Position numbers and translations under genes: made by a program. A DNA stretch of 64,000 bases from Chloroflexota bacterium (GTDB lineage Bacteria; Chloroflexota; UBA11872; VXOZ01), in assembly GCA_965208315.1 (NCBI GenBank), contig OZ242329.1, positions 1,920,082 through 1,984,081 on the forward strand. Reading direction: 5' to 3'. The stretch's first letter is position 1. Each line of letters opens with the position of its first letter. The notes beneath the pieces were generated by a model. The model searched no databases and was not told where the DNA came from. It saw nothing but the letters and a program-made list of their open reading frames with translations. Positions 49,682-60,436 of the stretch are shown in pieces.

Positions 49682-51169
49682 ATGGACCGCACTGAGACAA
49701 TTCTGGTCACCGGAGCCACCGGGTACATCGGCGGCAGGCTGGTACCCCGCCTGCTTCAAGAGGATTGCCGTGTCCGCGTGCTCGTCCGCAGCCGGGCCAA
49801 GGCGCTCTCCCGTCCCTGGTCCGACCGGGTCGAAATCGTGGCGGGTGACATCCTCTGCCCCGACGCCCTTTCGCAAGCACTCGAAGGGGTAGGCATCGCC
49901 TACTACCTCATCCACAGCATGTCCCATGGCGCCAACTTTCACGACCTCGACATTACAGCCGCCCGTGCCTTCGGCCAAGCGGCAAGCAAGGCAGGCGTGA
50001 ATCGCATCATTTACCTGGGGGGCTTGGGTGACCCGCAAGCCAATCTCTCCCCACACCTGCGCTCCCGCCAGGAGACGGGAGGTGCGCTGGGAGAGAGTGG
50101 CGTCCCCGTCACGGAATTCCGCGCCGCAGTCGTCGTCGGCTCGGGCAGCATCTCTTTTGAGATGATCCGGTACCTGGCAGAGCGGCTGCCCATTATGATT
50201 TGCCCCAAGTGGGTATACTCACGCATCCAGCCGATTGCCGTTGACGACTTGCTGGAGTACCTGTTCTCGGCCCTGGACGCCCCGGAGAGTGGCGGCGCCA
50301 TCGTGGAGATTGGCGGGAGTGACATTACTACGTATAAGGGCTTGATGCTCGGCTACGCGCGTGCACGGGGCCTCCGCCGCTTGCTGATACCGGTGCCGGT
50401 GCTCACGCCCCTCCTGTCCTCCTACTGGGTACACTGGGTGACCCCCATCCCTGCCGGCATCACCGCACCTCTCGTCGAGGGGCTCCGCAACGACGTCATC
50501 GTGACAAATACGCTTGCTCGCTCACTCTTCCCTCATATTGAGCCCCGAGACTACGCCACTGCTATTGGCAGCGTGATCGGAGACCTTGAGAAGGGACGGA
50601 TTGATACGGCGTGGAGTGATGCCGCCGGCACAACGTCGGAGCCGGAGTCGGCGGCTCGCCTAGAATCCCACGAGGGAGTGATCATCGAGCGCCGTCACCG
50701 CATGGTTGCGGCACCGGCCGCAGAAGTCTTTCGTGTCTTCACCGGCATCGGCGGGGCGCGAGGGTGGTACTTTGCCAACTGGATGTGGCGACTGCGCGGC
50801 ATGCTGGACCGCATGTTGGGCGGCGCCGGCCTGCGCAGGGGCAGACGACATCCCGACTACTTGCGTGTCGGCGACGCCTTGGACTTCTGGCGCGTGGAAG
50901 ACCTGAAACCGAACCGTCTACTCCGATTGAGGGCCGAAATGAAGCTACCCGGTCGGGCCTGGCTCCAATACGAAGTGCGAAATGCAGAGGACGGCACCAG
51001 CACCTTGGAGCAAACTGCTACGTTCATCCCAAAGGGTCTATTCGGCTTGGCCTACTGGTACACCCTGTATCCATTGCATGCATGGATTTTCAGCGGGTTG
51101 ATCGGCGCGATCTCCCGCCGCGCTGAGAGCGCCAGCAATCACGTTGACAGCGATTTCTCGTCACGTTAG
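49682..51169 (+). CDS. NAD(P)H-binding SDR/NmrA-like domain fused to a DUF2867-like C-terminal domain
   Basis: ILVTGATGYIGGRLVPRLL Rossmann start. The approximately 150-aa C-terminal extension matches the common SDR-DUF2867 architecture. Confidence 0.65.
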   Translation: MDRTETILVTGATGYIGGRLVPRLLQEDCRVRVLVRSRAKALSRPWSDRVEIVAGDILCPDALSQALEGVGIAYYLIHSMSHGANFHDLDITAARAFGQAASKAGVNRIIYLGGLGDPQANLSPHLRSRQETGGALGESGVPVTEFRAAVVVGSGSISFEMIRYLAERLPIMICPKWVYSRIQPIAVDDLLEYLFSALDAPESGGAIVEIGGSDITTYKGLMLGYARARGLRRLLIPVPVLTPLLSSYWVHWVTPIPAGITAPLVEGLRNDVIVTNTLARSLFPHIEPRDYATAIGSVIGDLEKGRIDTAWSDAAGTTSEPESAARLESHEGVIIERRHRMVAAPAAEVFRVFTGIGGARGWYFANWMWRLRGMLDRMLGGAGLRRGRRHPDYLRVGDALDFWRVEDLKPNRLLRLRAEMKLPGRAWLQYEVRNAEDGTSTLEQTATFIPKGLFGLAYWYTLYPLHAWIFSGLIGAISRRAESASNHVDSDFSSR

Positions 51170-51402
51170 ACAATTCGTGACCCACTCTTACCCTTTGTCC
51201 ACACAGGCCGTTGTCTACTTTCAACTGCACGGGGTTGGCAGCAGAGCGCCGTATCTGCATCCCACCGCGCCGTGCAACCGGCCCGCACCTCGTCTAGCAG
51301 CGCAGTTTCGGGCAGTGGCTACGCAAGCCAGGACCCAAGGATTGCAATGAATCTCGGTATAATGGGACAGGATTGCCGCAAGCAACACGAGGAAGCCCAT
51401 CC

Positions 51403-52593
51403 ATGAAAGTCGTCGACGTCCAAAGCTACGTGCTAAAAAGCCCGTTGGCCGAGCAGGAAGAGTTTTACGCCTCGCAAGAGTCTTTTTCCGAGCGCAGCAG
51501 TTGCCTCGTCCGCATCGAGACGGACAGCGGTCTCGTAGGCTGGGGTGAGGCGGGGCTGTGGGGAGCGCCGGAGCCGGTAGCCGCCATGATCGACCACGTC
51601 CTGACGCCCAGAATAACGGGGATGAATCCGCTGCACGTGGATGTCATCTGGGAAAAACTCTACGCCCACATCCGCGACTGGGGACGGCAGGGCACGGCCG
51701 TTGAGGCGATCAGCGGTGTCGACATCGCCTGTTGGGACATCGCGGGACAAGCGCTGCAGCAACCTATTCATGCGCTCTTGGGCGGCGCCTATCGCGACAG
51801 GGTTAAGGCGTATGCCACAGGAGGCTACTACAAGGGCGGGCCGGAGAAATGGGCGGACACCGGCGCGCTGGCAGCGGAGGTTGAGAGACACGTAGCCACC
51901 GGCTTTCGCGCGTTGAAGATCAAAGTCGGGCTGCTGTCCGTGGCTGAAGACCTCGCCCGCGTGAAGGCAGCGCGGCGGGCTTTGGATGCCTGCGCACCCA
52001 GCGGCGAACGCTTCCCCTACATGGTGGACGCCAATCACGCCTATCCGCCGCACATTGCCATTGCCGTCGGCCGCGGTTTGGAAGAGGAAGATACTCTATG
52101 GTTTGAAGAACCGGTAATTCCCGAAGACCGCAGAGGGTACCGCCAGGTAGCCGAGACCCTCGATCTCGCCATTGCCGGCGGCGAATGCGAGCACACGCGG
52201 TTTTCCTTCCGCGACCTCATGCTCGAAGGGTGCATCGACATCGCCCAGCCGGACATCTGCGGCACCGGCGGCATCTCTGAAACCGTCAAGATTGCCACGC
52301 TAGCGCAAACTTTCGGCGTGCAGGTCTATCCCCATGTTTGGGGATCCGGCATCGCGCTGGCCGCCGCGCTGCATTTCATCGCCTCGCTGCCGCCGAGTCC
52401 TCATTCAGCGAATCCGCTGCCGGCCCTCAATGAGCCAATGCTGGAGTTCGACCGTAATCCCAACCCCTTACGCGACACTTTGCTGCGCGAACCCTTCACG
52501 TTGGAGGATGACGGGACAGTCTTGATTCCACAGCGACCCGGCCTGGGGATAGAAGTCGACGAAGCCGTAGTGGCGCAGTATGGGCCGCAATAG
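51403..52593 (+). CDS. Enolase-superfamily enzyme (mandelate racemase / muconate lactonizing family)
   Basis: MKVVDVQSYVL...VRIETDSGLVGWGEAG and metal-binding region ...DANHAY...EEP.... ATG at 51403 follows GAGGAAG. Confidence 0.8.
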   Translation: MKVVDVQSYVLKSPLAEQEEFYASQESFSERSSCLVRIETDSGLVGWGEAGLWGAPEPVAAMIDHVLTPRITGMNPLHVDVIWEKLYAHIRDWGRQGTAVEAISGVDIACWDIAGQALQQPIHALLGGAYRDRVKAYATGGYYKGGPEKWADTGALAAEVERHVATGFRALKIKVGLLSVAEDLARVKAARRALDACAPSGERFPYMVDANHAYPPHIAIAVGRGLEEEDTLWFEEPVIPEDRRGYRQVAETLDLAIAGGECEHTRFSFRDLMLEGCIDIAQPDICGTGGISETVKIATLAQTFGVQVYPHVWGSGIALAAALHFIASLPPSPHSANPLPALNEPMLEFDRNPNPLRDTLLREPFTLEDDGTVLIPQRPGLGIEVDEAVVAQYGPQ

Positions 52594-52740
52594 CAACCGT
52601 CGAGGGGGCCGGGGCATCGTCAATACATCAATTCGTGGTGGACCGTCCGTTCGTGGTGAGTGGGCATCGAAATGCCCTGGTCGAACCATGAACGGACGCA
52701 TCAGCAAAACGCGGTGATCGGTTGCTCCCGCCCGACGGGC

Positions 52741-53880
52741 CTATTGAGCACCAAACCGGCCAAGTCCAAACATCCCAATATCGTGCCGAGTCTTGCCGCC
52801 TAGCGCCAAGTCGGCCAGTATCTCCCCCACCACGCTGCAGAACTTAAAACCGTGGCCCGAAAAGCCGGCGGCTATGACCACGTTCCCATGTTCCGGATGG
52901 TGATCCATGATGAAGTGGCCGTCCGGCGTGTTGGTAAACATGCAGGTCTTTAGCGCCAACGTGGCGCCCATGCCGCCCGTTAGATACCGTTGTGTACAAG
53001 CGCGCAGCGCCTCTTCATCCTCGCGATGACATTCGCGGTCTACACTTTCCGCTGTAGTCTGTTGCTGAAGGTGGTGGTACTTCCCAATCTTGAAGCCTGG
53101 AATACCATGAATGGGAAAGCCGTAGTAGTGTCCTTCCGGCACGAGGCAGTTGAAGACCGGAAAGCGCTCAACCGCGAAGAGTTCGGGTTGCGCCGGTTGA
53201 AACCACCCCATCACTTGGCGCTCCGGGACAGCATTTCCGCCCAGCGTCGGTAGCAGGGACTGGCTCCAGGCCCCGGCGGTGAAAACCAGCCGGTCGGCGG
53301 CATATGTGGCCCGCGTGGTGCGCACGGTAACGCTATCTCGCTTAGCCTGCCAATCCAGCACGGGCTCGCGGGCCCGCACCTCGGCCCCTGCCGCCTGGGC
53401 CTGCCACACGTGGTGCACTATGCACCTTTCCGGTACGAGAAAGCCTCCATCCGGCTGCCACACCCCCATCATCTCAGGTGGAAGAGCGAACCCAGGGAAC
53501 TGCTGGGTTAGTTCCGCACTCGAAAGCACATCGTGTGTGAGATCGTGCTCCGCGCAAGACTCTATGGAACCCTTGACAACGAATGAATCCGGTGCGCCCG
53601 CGTCAATCGAGCCCGTTATGTAGAGCAACTGCTCGCCAGCATCTTGTTCCAATTCGCGCCAGAGCGCATAGGCCCGCGCCAGCAGCGGCACATACGAAGG
53701 GTGCTCGAAATACGTGAGCCGAATGACGCGCGTGACCCCATGCGACGATCCCATGTCGTGGGGAATATCAAAGTGCTCTAGTCCGAGCACGCGCTCGCCG
53801 CGCCGTGCCAAGTGGTGGACGGCAGCACTCCCCATGCCGCCTACGCCTACCACGATAGTGTCAAAGTGCTCAGCCTTCAT
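52741..53880 (-). CDS. Monomeric sarcosine oxidase / N-methyl-L-tryptophan oxidase family flavoprotein (MSOX/SolA-like)
   Basis: Dinucleotide-binding motif DTIVVGVGGMGSAAVHHLARRG. C-terminal GHGFKFCSVVGEILADLA carries the covalent-FAD Cys typical of the MSOX family. Confidence 0.8.
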   Translation of the reverse strand: MKAEHFDTIVVGVGGMGSAAVHHLARRGERVLGLEHFDIPHDMGSSHGVTRVIRLTYFEHPSYVPLLARAYALWRELEQDAGEQLLYITGSIDAGAPDSFVVKGSIESCAEHDLTHDVLSSAELTQQFPGFALPPEMMGVWQPDGGFLVPERCIVHHVWQAQAAGAEVRAREPVLDWQAKRDSVTVRTTRATYAADRLVFTAGAWSQSLLPTLGGNAVPERQVMGWFQPAQPELFAVERFPVFNCLVPEGHYYGFPIHGIPGFKIGKYHHLQQQTTAESVDRECHREDEEALRACTQRYLTGGMGATLALKTCMFTNTPDGHFIMDHHPEHGNVVIAAGFSGHGFKFCSVVGEILADLALGGKTRHDIGMFGLGRFGAQ

Positions 53881-53963
53881 AGCCTTGGCTTCCTTTACTC
53901 GCTCTAAGCGCCTAGACTCGCTCAGTGTTTCTTGCCAGGGAACGATCGAGCTTCGTCAACAAG

Positions 53964-53989
53964 CCGTAGCGCGGGGGCTTGTCCCCCGC
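53964..53989. repeat. Hairpin repeat family C (CCGTAGCGCGGGGGCTTGTCCCCCGC), copy 1
   Basis: Exact 26-mer repeated at 57668 and 62205. It is a 7-bp G/C stem with a CTTGT loop. Confidence 0.85.
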
Positions 53990-54153
53990 TTCCGCACAAA
54001 GCGCGGATTCTGGGCGCCACTCATTACCTCACCGGTCATGCGACGCCTTGCTCCAGCCATACTCCAGGCTCACACGCGCCCGATCTTTTTTGCGCTACTC
54101 CCGCGCTAGTGTCGCAGCATCACAAAGTCAGCACTGCAGCGGCCATCGCACCA

Positions 54154-55044
54154 CTATAGTATCGGCTCCGGTCGGATAGGAGACAAAGGGATCTCCATGA
54201 GATCTTCACCCAATATGACCGTGCCGTCGAAAGCAGCGGCCGCTTCGGCCACCATGCGCTCCCGGATACCGGGGCGGGTGATTTGCTCGGTCAGGTGGAT
54301 CAATACCAGCTTTTCAACGTCCGCAGCGGCAGCCGTGCGCGCGGCGTCAAGGTGACCCGAGCATGATGATGTGAGACGCGGGTCCGTTTCCACATCGTTA
54401 AGGAAGTGGCACATGTGCAAGAGCACATTCGCACCCCGGGCCAACTCCACCAGTTGCGGGTTAGGCGCTGTGTCGCCTGTGACGACGATGCTGCCTTCAG
54501 GTCCATCAAACCGATATGCCACTGACTGCAAATACGGCTGGCAGTGCACCATCTCAGCCACCTTTACCTGCCAACCCTCTCCTGCGACTTCTGTGCCGGC
54601 ACGCAATTCTTGCACCTGCGGCGCGGGGCGTTGACGCGGCAGCGTGCCGCCGCGATGCTCGTAGATCAAGTGGCTGCCTGGGTGAAGCGTACGCCCCGCC
54701 AAATCGGCCTGAAAGGCCCCTTCTTCACCAAATAGCAGATGAGTCATACGCGCCGTGCCGCCGGGACCATAGACCTGGAGGTCCGGTATCTGCCCCGCAC
54801 CTTGGTCCCACCGTGTAAGCACAAGATAGCTGTAGTCCATACAGTGGTCGTAATGTAAATGAGTCAGGAAGAGATGGGTGATCTGTGTTGGCGAAACAGC
54901 TACCGCTAAGAGACGCCGCACCGTCGCCGGTCCGCAGTCGAACAGGATTCTGGCGTCACCCTGTTCCACCAAGAAGCTGCAGCCTGCCCGTTCCAGTGAA
55001 GGGGTTGGCGTACCGGTCCCAAGCAGCGTAAGTCGCAGCGACAT
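54154..55044 (-). CDS. MBL-fold metallo-hydrolase (RNase Z / beta-CASP-like)
   Basis: LTHLHYDH (HxHxDH) motif with the typical N-terminal LTLLGTGTP. ATG at 55044. Confidence 0.75.
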   Translation of the reverse strand: MSLRLTLLGTGTPTPSLERAGCSFLVEQGDARILFDCGPATVRRLLAVAVSPTQITHLFLTHLHYDHCMDYSYLVLTRWDQGAGQIPDLQVYGPGGTARMTHLLFGEEGAFQADLAGRTLHPGSHLIYEHRGGTLPRQRPAPQVQELRAGTEVAGEGWQVKVAEMVHCQPYLQSVAYRFDGPEGSIVVTGDTAPNPQLVELARGANVLLHMCHFLNDVETDPRLTSSCSGHLDAARTAAAADVEKLVLIHLTEQITRPGIRERMVAEAAAAFDGTVILGEDLMEIPLSPIRPEPIL

Positions 55045-55305
55045 GTGGGCTTCGCCTCTCTCCGACGGCACTTACGGCCGGCAGTTCTACTCATGCGGTA
55101 CATACTTGATTGGTGAATGATACCGTGTTTGCGGTTAGTGCCGCCTGCAACACCTGCGACTGCCCGCACTATCGCGAACACGCCCGTCACCCAAGTAATC
55201 CCTGAAAATACACAATTGTATGGCGCAAGTACACGCGCATGCTAAGAAATCACAGAGAACAACTGTGAATCTACGCAAATGCACGTTTTATCTACAGTAT
55301 TCGAC

Positions 55306-55335
55306 TTGACTGCAAGTCGAGTGAGAATCTATAAT
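55306..55335 (+). promoter_or_regulatory. Sigma-70-type promoter TTGACT-N18-TATAAT upstream of groEL, with an 8-bp inverted repeat (tcgacttg-actg-caagtcga) overlapping the -35 element
   Basis: Hexamers at 55306-55311 and 55330-55335. The palindrome spans 55301-55320. No GroES gene is present between the promoter and groEL. Confidence 0.5.
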
Positions 55336-55404
55336 GAGAGGAACACCGCTCCAATGTCCGCGGTGTAAATTGGTGTAATAGGCAAGAAGGAGAGAACTAC
55401 GCCA

Positions 55405-57036
<1,632 letters not shown>

Positions 57037-57064
57037 GGCAGCCAGTTCTCAATAGCGAGAATTA

Positions 57065-57103
57065 AGAGGGGCTCCCCAATTAGGGGAGCCCCTCTTGTTT
57101 TTC
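57065..57103 (+). terminator. Rho-independent terminator of groEL
   Basis: agaggggctcccc-aatt-aggggagcccctct followed by tgtttttc. Confidence 0.8.
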
Positions 57104-57290
57104 TTGAGTTTTCCTGCGCCTGTTGACATTTCCTTAGAAATGCGCGCACTATCGGGGAAGTTTCATCGAAGAGCAGGAAGGGTCTCTTGGATTGGATGCC
57201 GTGCAGTAGGCCTTGATGAGACTGCTGCCAAAGCCGCCCGTTCAAGTGGCAGTCCCTCACAAGATTCTATACCGATTGGGAAAGGCAGTG

Positions 57291-57527
57291 ATGAGCAAAC
57301 GGGAAGGAAAGACCATTAAGCACATTCGGGAAGCGGTGCTGCAGGGCAAACTTCAGGAGCCGTTCAGCCCAAATGATGTGAATACCGCATTAGGAATTCA
57401 TTGGGCGGGAAACTTCCTGCCAAAACACCGTGTTGGCAATCCAGGCGGCAATACTGAGCTGTTTGTGCAGATCAATGATCGACCGGCTCTCTATTGTCTC
57501 AAAGACCAGGCGGTGAGTTTCTCTTAG
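57291..57527 (+). CDS. Small hypothetical protein (78 aa)
   Basis: ATG preceded by GGGAAAGG. The ORF has a non-repetitive sequence (MSKREGKTIKHIREAVLQGKLQEPFSPNDVNTALGIHWAGNF...). No homolog recognised. Confidence 0.3.
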   Translation: MSKREGKTIKHIREAVLQGKLQEPFSPNDVNTALGIHWAGNFLPKHRVGNPGGNTELFVQINDRPALYCLKDQAVSFS

Positions 57528-57667
57528 GTCATGCGCGGGGCGTTGACCATGCAATCGTTGGTGCAACTGACAAAAACGCACAATGGGTACCTGTTTGACA
57601 CATCCTTACATGGCATTCACATCGTGCGATTAGTGCTGGGCTATACGTGGCTTTAGCGGAATCTGAA

Positions 57668-57693
57668 CCGTAGCGCGGGGGCTTGTCCCCCGC
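57668..57693. repeat. Hairpin repeat family C, copy 2
   Basis: Exact CCGTAGCGCGGGGGCTTGTCCCCCGC. Confidence 0.85.
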
Positions 57694-57726
57694 TCTTGGG
57701 ATGGCGCGCCCCGCATCCGGCGGATG

Positions 57727-57750
57727 GATTCCCGCTTTCGCGGGAATGAC
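57727..57750. repeat. Hairpin repeat family D copy (GATTCCCGCTTTCGCGGGAATGAC)
   Basis: Reverse orientation of the 16108 copy. Lies 34 nt from the family C copy. Confidence 0.85.
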
Positions 57751-57841
57751 GGGGCGGGTTGATTCCTCTTCGCGAGCATTGAAGGACTGGACTTCGAAGC
57801 ATCAATATTGCCTAGACACGTAGCGCCCAAGCCAACACACT

Positions 57842-60292
57842 CTAGCCGCGCAGTTTGACGTGGTTTGGGTCGTAAAGCGGTTCCTCCGCTACAATAGCCC
57901 CGTACCGCTCACCAAAGTACTCGATAGTAACTTCGGTGCCAGCTGTCGCATAGGCTGTTGGCAAGTAGCCGTAGGCAATGCTCTTGCCCACGGTGTAGCC
58001 AACATTCGCGCTAGTTACGTATCCGAGCACCCGCTCGCCGTCGAGGATCGGCTCTTTGCCCATGACGACGTGGCTGGAATCATCCAGCGTAAGGCAACAG
58101 AGCCGCCGTTCGATACCCGCTTCCCGGCTGCGCATGAGTGCATCGCGGCCGAGAAAGTCGCCCTTATTGAGCTTCACCGCCCAGCCCAGGCCGGCCTCAT
58201 AGGGGGTGTATTCCGTATGGATGTCCGCGCCCCACAGACGGTATCCCTTCTCCAAACGCAGCGAGTCGAATGCTCCACCACCGCCTGCAATAATGCCAAA
58301 CGGCTGCCCTGCTTCCCAAAGGGAATCCCATACGCCAAGGCCGTACTCCGTCGGCACATATATCTCCCAACCCAGTTCGCCGACGTAGGAGACTCGCAAG
58401 GCCCGGGCGGGCGCAGTACCAATGGTGATCGGCTTGCTCGCAAAATAGGGGAACGCACGGTTAGATACATCGTCAGCGCACACGCGCCGCAAGACGTCGC
58501 GGGCGTGCGGGCCCCACAGTCCAATGCCGCAAAACTCAGAGGTTACATCGTTGATAACTACTGAGCCGTCAGTTGGGGCGTGACTGCGCAGCCACGCCAG
58601 ATCGCGAATGCCGCTTGCGCCTCCCGTGAGGACGAGAAAACGATCGCGTGCCAGCCGTGTAAGGGTAAGGTCACATTGAATGCCGCCGTTCTGATTGAGC
58701 ATCGCCGTGTAAACGACCTTGCCCACCGGGCGGTCGACCTGGTTCGCGCTGACCGATTGCAGGAACTCCAGCGCGCCCGGACCGCTGACCTCTAACTTGG
58801 TAAATGCCGTTAGGTCATACATGGCTACGCGTTCCCGCGTGGCGCGGTGTTCACCGGCTTGGATCGGACTCCAATGTTGCGCTTCCCAACCGGAGCGAGT
58901 TGGTGCAGTCCCATCCGAAATGAGGTCATTATTGGCCTCAAACCACTGCGGGCGCTCCCAACCAGTGCTTTCGAAGAAGACCGCTCCCAGCGCCTCCAGC
59001 TGAGGCTGGAACGGACTGCATCGCACGTTACGCGGATTCTCCATCTGCTGCAGCGGGTGAAGGATATCGTAGACCTCGCGGTACTGCTGCGCGCCGCGCG
59101 TCCGTACATATGCCGGCGTGTGCACGTGTGCCCCAAAACGGTGGTAGTCGGCTTCCCGCAGATCGAGGCTCGTGACTCCTGCGTCCATCCACTCGGCCAC
59201 AACGCTGCCCACGCCACCGCCATGCGTAATCCACACCGCCTCCGCAATCCATAGTCCTGCTACGTCCGGCGCTTCACCCAGGATGGGCAGGCCGTCGGGC
59301 GTGAAGGAAAACATGCCGTTGAAGGCGTCGGTAAGCTCAAGGCCGCGCAGGGCGGGAAAGAGCTCGTCCCCAGCCTGCCGTGCAACCGCAAAGTGCTCCG
59401 GCGTAAAGTCCATCATCGCCGGATCGCGTTCAGCCTCCGCGTGGCTCAGAATGTCGTCCGGGTCTACGGGCAACGGTTCGTGCTTATAGTTCCCAACGCC
59501 GTAGCACTCACCTTCCTGCCGAAAGTACAGGGCGTAGTCCTGGTGACGCACGACGGGATGAACGACCTCACGGGTCTCGCCTTGGAGGGCGGGCACCGGC
59601 GCGGTGCGCGTGTATTGGTGTTGCACGGGCAATAGTGGAATAGAGACACCCGCCATGAGTCCCACCCGCGGCCCCCAGATACCCGCGCAGATGAGTACCA
59701 TTTCGGCCTTGATGCGGCCCGCCGTGGTCTCGACCGCGCGCACGCGGCCCGCCTCCACCGCAATACCGGTAACAGTCGTATTCCCATAAAACGTGGCACC
59801 ATGGTCTTGGGAATAGCGGGACATCGCCTCGGCCGCGCGCACTGGCTTGGCGATACCGTCGCTCGGCACATAGTACGCGCCGTGAATCACATCCGGATTG
59901 AGCAGCGGCACGAGTTCTTGTGCCTCATTGGGCGCAATTAACCGCGCGTCAAGACCATAGGACTTGGCAAAGCCCATTTTGCGGTGGAGGTCTTGCCAAC
60001 GCTCCTCAGTGTAGGCAACCTCCATGCTGCCCACTCCATACCAGCACGGCTCGCCGTCCAGCTCTAGATCGCTGTAGAGGGCAACCGTATACATGGCCAG
60101 CGTGGTCATGAGCTTAGAGGAGTTGGTCTGAAACACGAGACCGGGAGCATGGGAAGTGGAACCGCCGGTATCGAACAGCGGTCCCTGGTCCACCACTACG
60201 ATATCGCGCCAGCCTCGCTGGGTTAGGTGGTAGGCAACGCTGCACCCCACAATGCCGGCGCCAATGATGACAAGCCGGGCGTGTGACTGCAC
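57842..60292 (-). CDS. Dimethylglycine / sarcosine dehydrogenase-family protein (FAD-dependent oxidoreductase fused to GcvT-like folate-binding domain)
   Basis: 816 aa. N-terminal VIIGAGIVGCSVAYHL plus ...STSHAPGL DAO domain, followed by a C-terminal aminomethyltransferase fold (GcvT_C-like tail ...EEPLYDPNHVKLRG). Confidence 0.85.
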   Translation of the reverse strand: MQSHARLVIIGAGIVGCSVAYHLTQRGWRDIVVVDQGPLFDTGGSTSHAPGLVFQTNSSKLMTTLAMYTVALYSDLELDGEPCWYGVGSMEVAYTEERWQDLHRKMGFAKSYGLDARLIAPNEAQELVPLLNPDVIHGAYYVPSDGIAKPVRAAEAMSRYSQDHGATFYGNTTVTGIAVEAGRVRAVETTAGRIKAEMVLICAGIWGPRVGLMAGVSIPLLPVQHQYTRTAPVPALQGETREVVHPVVRHQDYALYFRQEGECYGVGNYKHEPLPVDPDDILSHAEAERDPAMMDFTPEHFAVARQAGDELFPALRGLELTDAFNGMFSFTPDGLPILGEAPDVAGLWIAEAVWITHGGGVGSVVAEWMDAGVTSLDLREADYHRFGAHVHTPAYVRTRGAQQYREVYDILHPLQQMENPRNVRCSPFQPQLEALGAVFFESTGWERPQWFEANNDLISDGTAPTRSGWEAQHWSPIQAGEHRATRERVAMYDLTAFTKLEVSGPGALEFLQSVSANQVDRPVGKVVYTAMLNQNGGIQCDLTLTRLARDRFLVLTGGASGIRDLAWLRSHAPTDGSVVINDVTSEFCGIGLWGPHARDVLRRVCADDVSNRAFPYFASKPITIGTAPARALRVSYVGELGWEIYVPTEYGLGVWDSLWEAGQPFGIIAGGGGAFDSLRLEKGYRLWGADIHTEYTPYEAGLGWAVKLNKGDFLGRDALMRSREAGIERRLCCLTLDDSSHVVMGKEPILDGERVLGYVTSANVGYTVGKSIAYGYLPTAYATAGTEVTIEYFGERYGAIVAEEPLYDPNHVKLRG

Positions 60293-60436
60293 GGTGCACT
60301 TCCTCGGTAGTTATTGGGTTACCGGATTGATCGAAGTCTTTTGAGAATGTGCCGCGCAGTCGCTACAAGATCAGCGAGGGATTCCCCTCACCCCCAGATC
60401 GTCCGATACTTTGTATCGGCGAACGGGGCAGGCACT

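Noticed and set aside
10178-52593. Two enolase-superfamily genes and two DegT-family aminotransferase genes in one window, as a possible segmental duplication.
   Set aside because: The paralogs are clearly divergent in sequence and have different neighbours. They are ordinary family members rather than recent duplicates.
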